Position numbers and translations under genes: made by a program. 64,000 nt of DNA. It comes from Cetorhinus maximus. Its lineage: Eukaryota. The stretch spans positions 11,036,001-11,100,000 of the forward strand of contig NC_135903.1 in the NCBI RefSeq assembly GCF_964194155.1, in the 5' to 3' direction. This document shows, piece by piece, positions 62,910 through 64,000 of the stretch; the stretch's first letter is position 1, and each line of letters opens with the position of its first letter. The notes beneath the pieces were generated by a model. That model was not told where the DNA came from. It was given only the letters and a program-made list of their open reading frames with translations, and ran no database searches.

Positions 62910-64000
62910 ATGGCTAAAACTTTTTTGGAAGTAGAAGATATAGCTCTGATTGGGTTACAAAAAGGATCTAAGGCTAAGTTAACAGAGTTGGTGGATAGGT
63001 TGCAGGTGAGGTTACCTGTAGGTACAAAGAAAGCAGACACAATTAAAGTAATAGCACAGCATTTAAAGTTGGAAGTGATACCTAATGCTAGTGAGTCACA
63101 GCTGGATGTAGTGAGACTTCAGTTAGAAATGAAGAAGCTTGAATTTGAACAAGCAAAGAAATTGAAAAAAACTTGAATTGGGGGCAAAAGAAAAAGAGAG
63201 ATTATTTCAAAAAGAAATGGAAACGTGAAAACTTGATCTCCAAAGGGAAAGGTTAGCAATGGAGGAGAGGGAGAAGGAAATAAAGAGTACCAACTTAAAA
63301 AGCTGGACTTTAAAAAGGAGACATCAGATGTTGAGGAAAGTTCTGATAATGAAAAAACTGTTAACCTAGTGGGGAGATGTTTAAATTTGTGCAAGCTCTT
63401 CTGAAGTTTGAAGAAAGAGATGTGGAGGCATTCTTTATTTAATTTGAGAAGATAGCTAAACAGATGAAATGGCCACAAGAATACTGGACATTGTTGTTAC
63501 AATCTAGGTTGGTGGGTAGAGCACATGAGGTTTATGCTTCACTGTCAAAAGAAATGTCAGTGGATTGTGATGTGGTTAAAAAAAAGGCTATTTTGAGAGC
63601 ACATGAGTTGGTCCCTGTGGCATACAGGGAGAAATTTGGAAAATTAAGAAAACAGCCTGGGCAAACTTATATTGAGTTTGAGAGAGTAAAACAAAGTAAT
63701 TTTGACCGGTGGATACAGGCATTAAAGATTGAGACAATATGTGCAGCTCTTAGAGAAGTAATTCTTTTGGAAGAATTTAAAGATTCAATTCCTTCAGTAG
63801 TGAGAACTCATGGGAGAAACAGAAAGTTAAAACAGTAAGACAAGCAGCAGAAACAGCTGATGATTATGAGTTAGTTCATAGAGCTAAACCTTTCTTGTCG
63901 CCCTTTTAAATCAGAAAAGGATAGAAAGTGGGAAGGTGAAAGGAAGCTGGGTAGTCAGGGAAGAGGAGTAGGTGGAAATTCCCAGGAAGTTTTTTCTCAG
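62910..64000 (+). pseudogene. Decayed Gypsy gag with a SCAN-like capsid C-terminal domain; runs off the window
   Basis: KWPQEYWTLLLQSRLVGRAHEVYASLS...VKKKAILRAHELVPVAYREKF...LREVILLEEFKDSIP; stops and frameshifts split the ORF. Confidence 0.85.

Noticed and set aside
44000-64000. Exons of the expected downstream neighbour (SKAP1 in bony vertebrates)
   Set aside because: No recognisable coding exon; short ORFs such as 58876-59148 and 59757-60038 show no identifiable similarity
1-64000. CRISPR arrays, operons, rRNA genes or the miR-10 precursor
   Set aside because: Vertebrate DNA with no repeat-spacer array seen; the miR-10 hairpin is expected upstream of HoxB4, outside this window

Overview
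This is eukaryotic (vertebrate) DNA, not prokaryotic. It is the 3' (anterior) end of a HoxB cluster, very probably from a cartilaginous fish such as a shark, judged from the Hox proteins and the CR1, L2 and Deu-SINE repeat content. Three intact two-exon homeobox genes lie on the + strand: HoxB3 (13408-13822, 14661-15430; 394 aa), HoxB2 (20228-20588, 21206-21921; 358 aa) and HoxB1 (30163-30754, 31518-31861; 311 aa), each with a phase-1 GT-AG intron. Several hindbrain enhancers known from mouse work are recognisable: a DR5 RARE upstream of HoxB3, the HoxB2 Krox20 and Meis/Pbx-Hox modules, the HoxB1 autoregulatory element, and the HoxB1 3' DR2 and DR5 RAREs. miR-10 seed sites are also present. 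The first ~38 kb is almost free of transposons, and CpG-rich sequence extends to ~43.8 kb. Beyond that the DNA is CpG-poor and dense with decayed CR1/L2 LINEs, tRNA-derived SINEs, a hairpin element with a 12-bp target-site duplication, and a decayed Gypsy LTR element with a SCAN-like Gag. I see no wholly new gene system. The best leads are: an out-of-frame overlapping uORF in HoxB3 that resembles the in-frame HOXD3 N-terminus; a Hoxa2-like Pbx-Hox cluster in the HoxB2 intron; a candidate Wnt/Cdx enhancer 3' of HoxB1; a palindromic retroposed element with a degenerate hammerhead-ribozyme core; and a nested CR1 insertion carrying ~200 bp of foreign filler. Comparisons with mouse and human elements come from recalled literature and need alignment to confirm.
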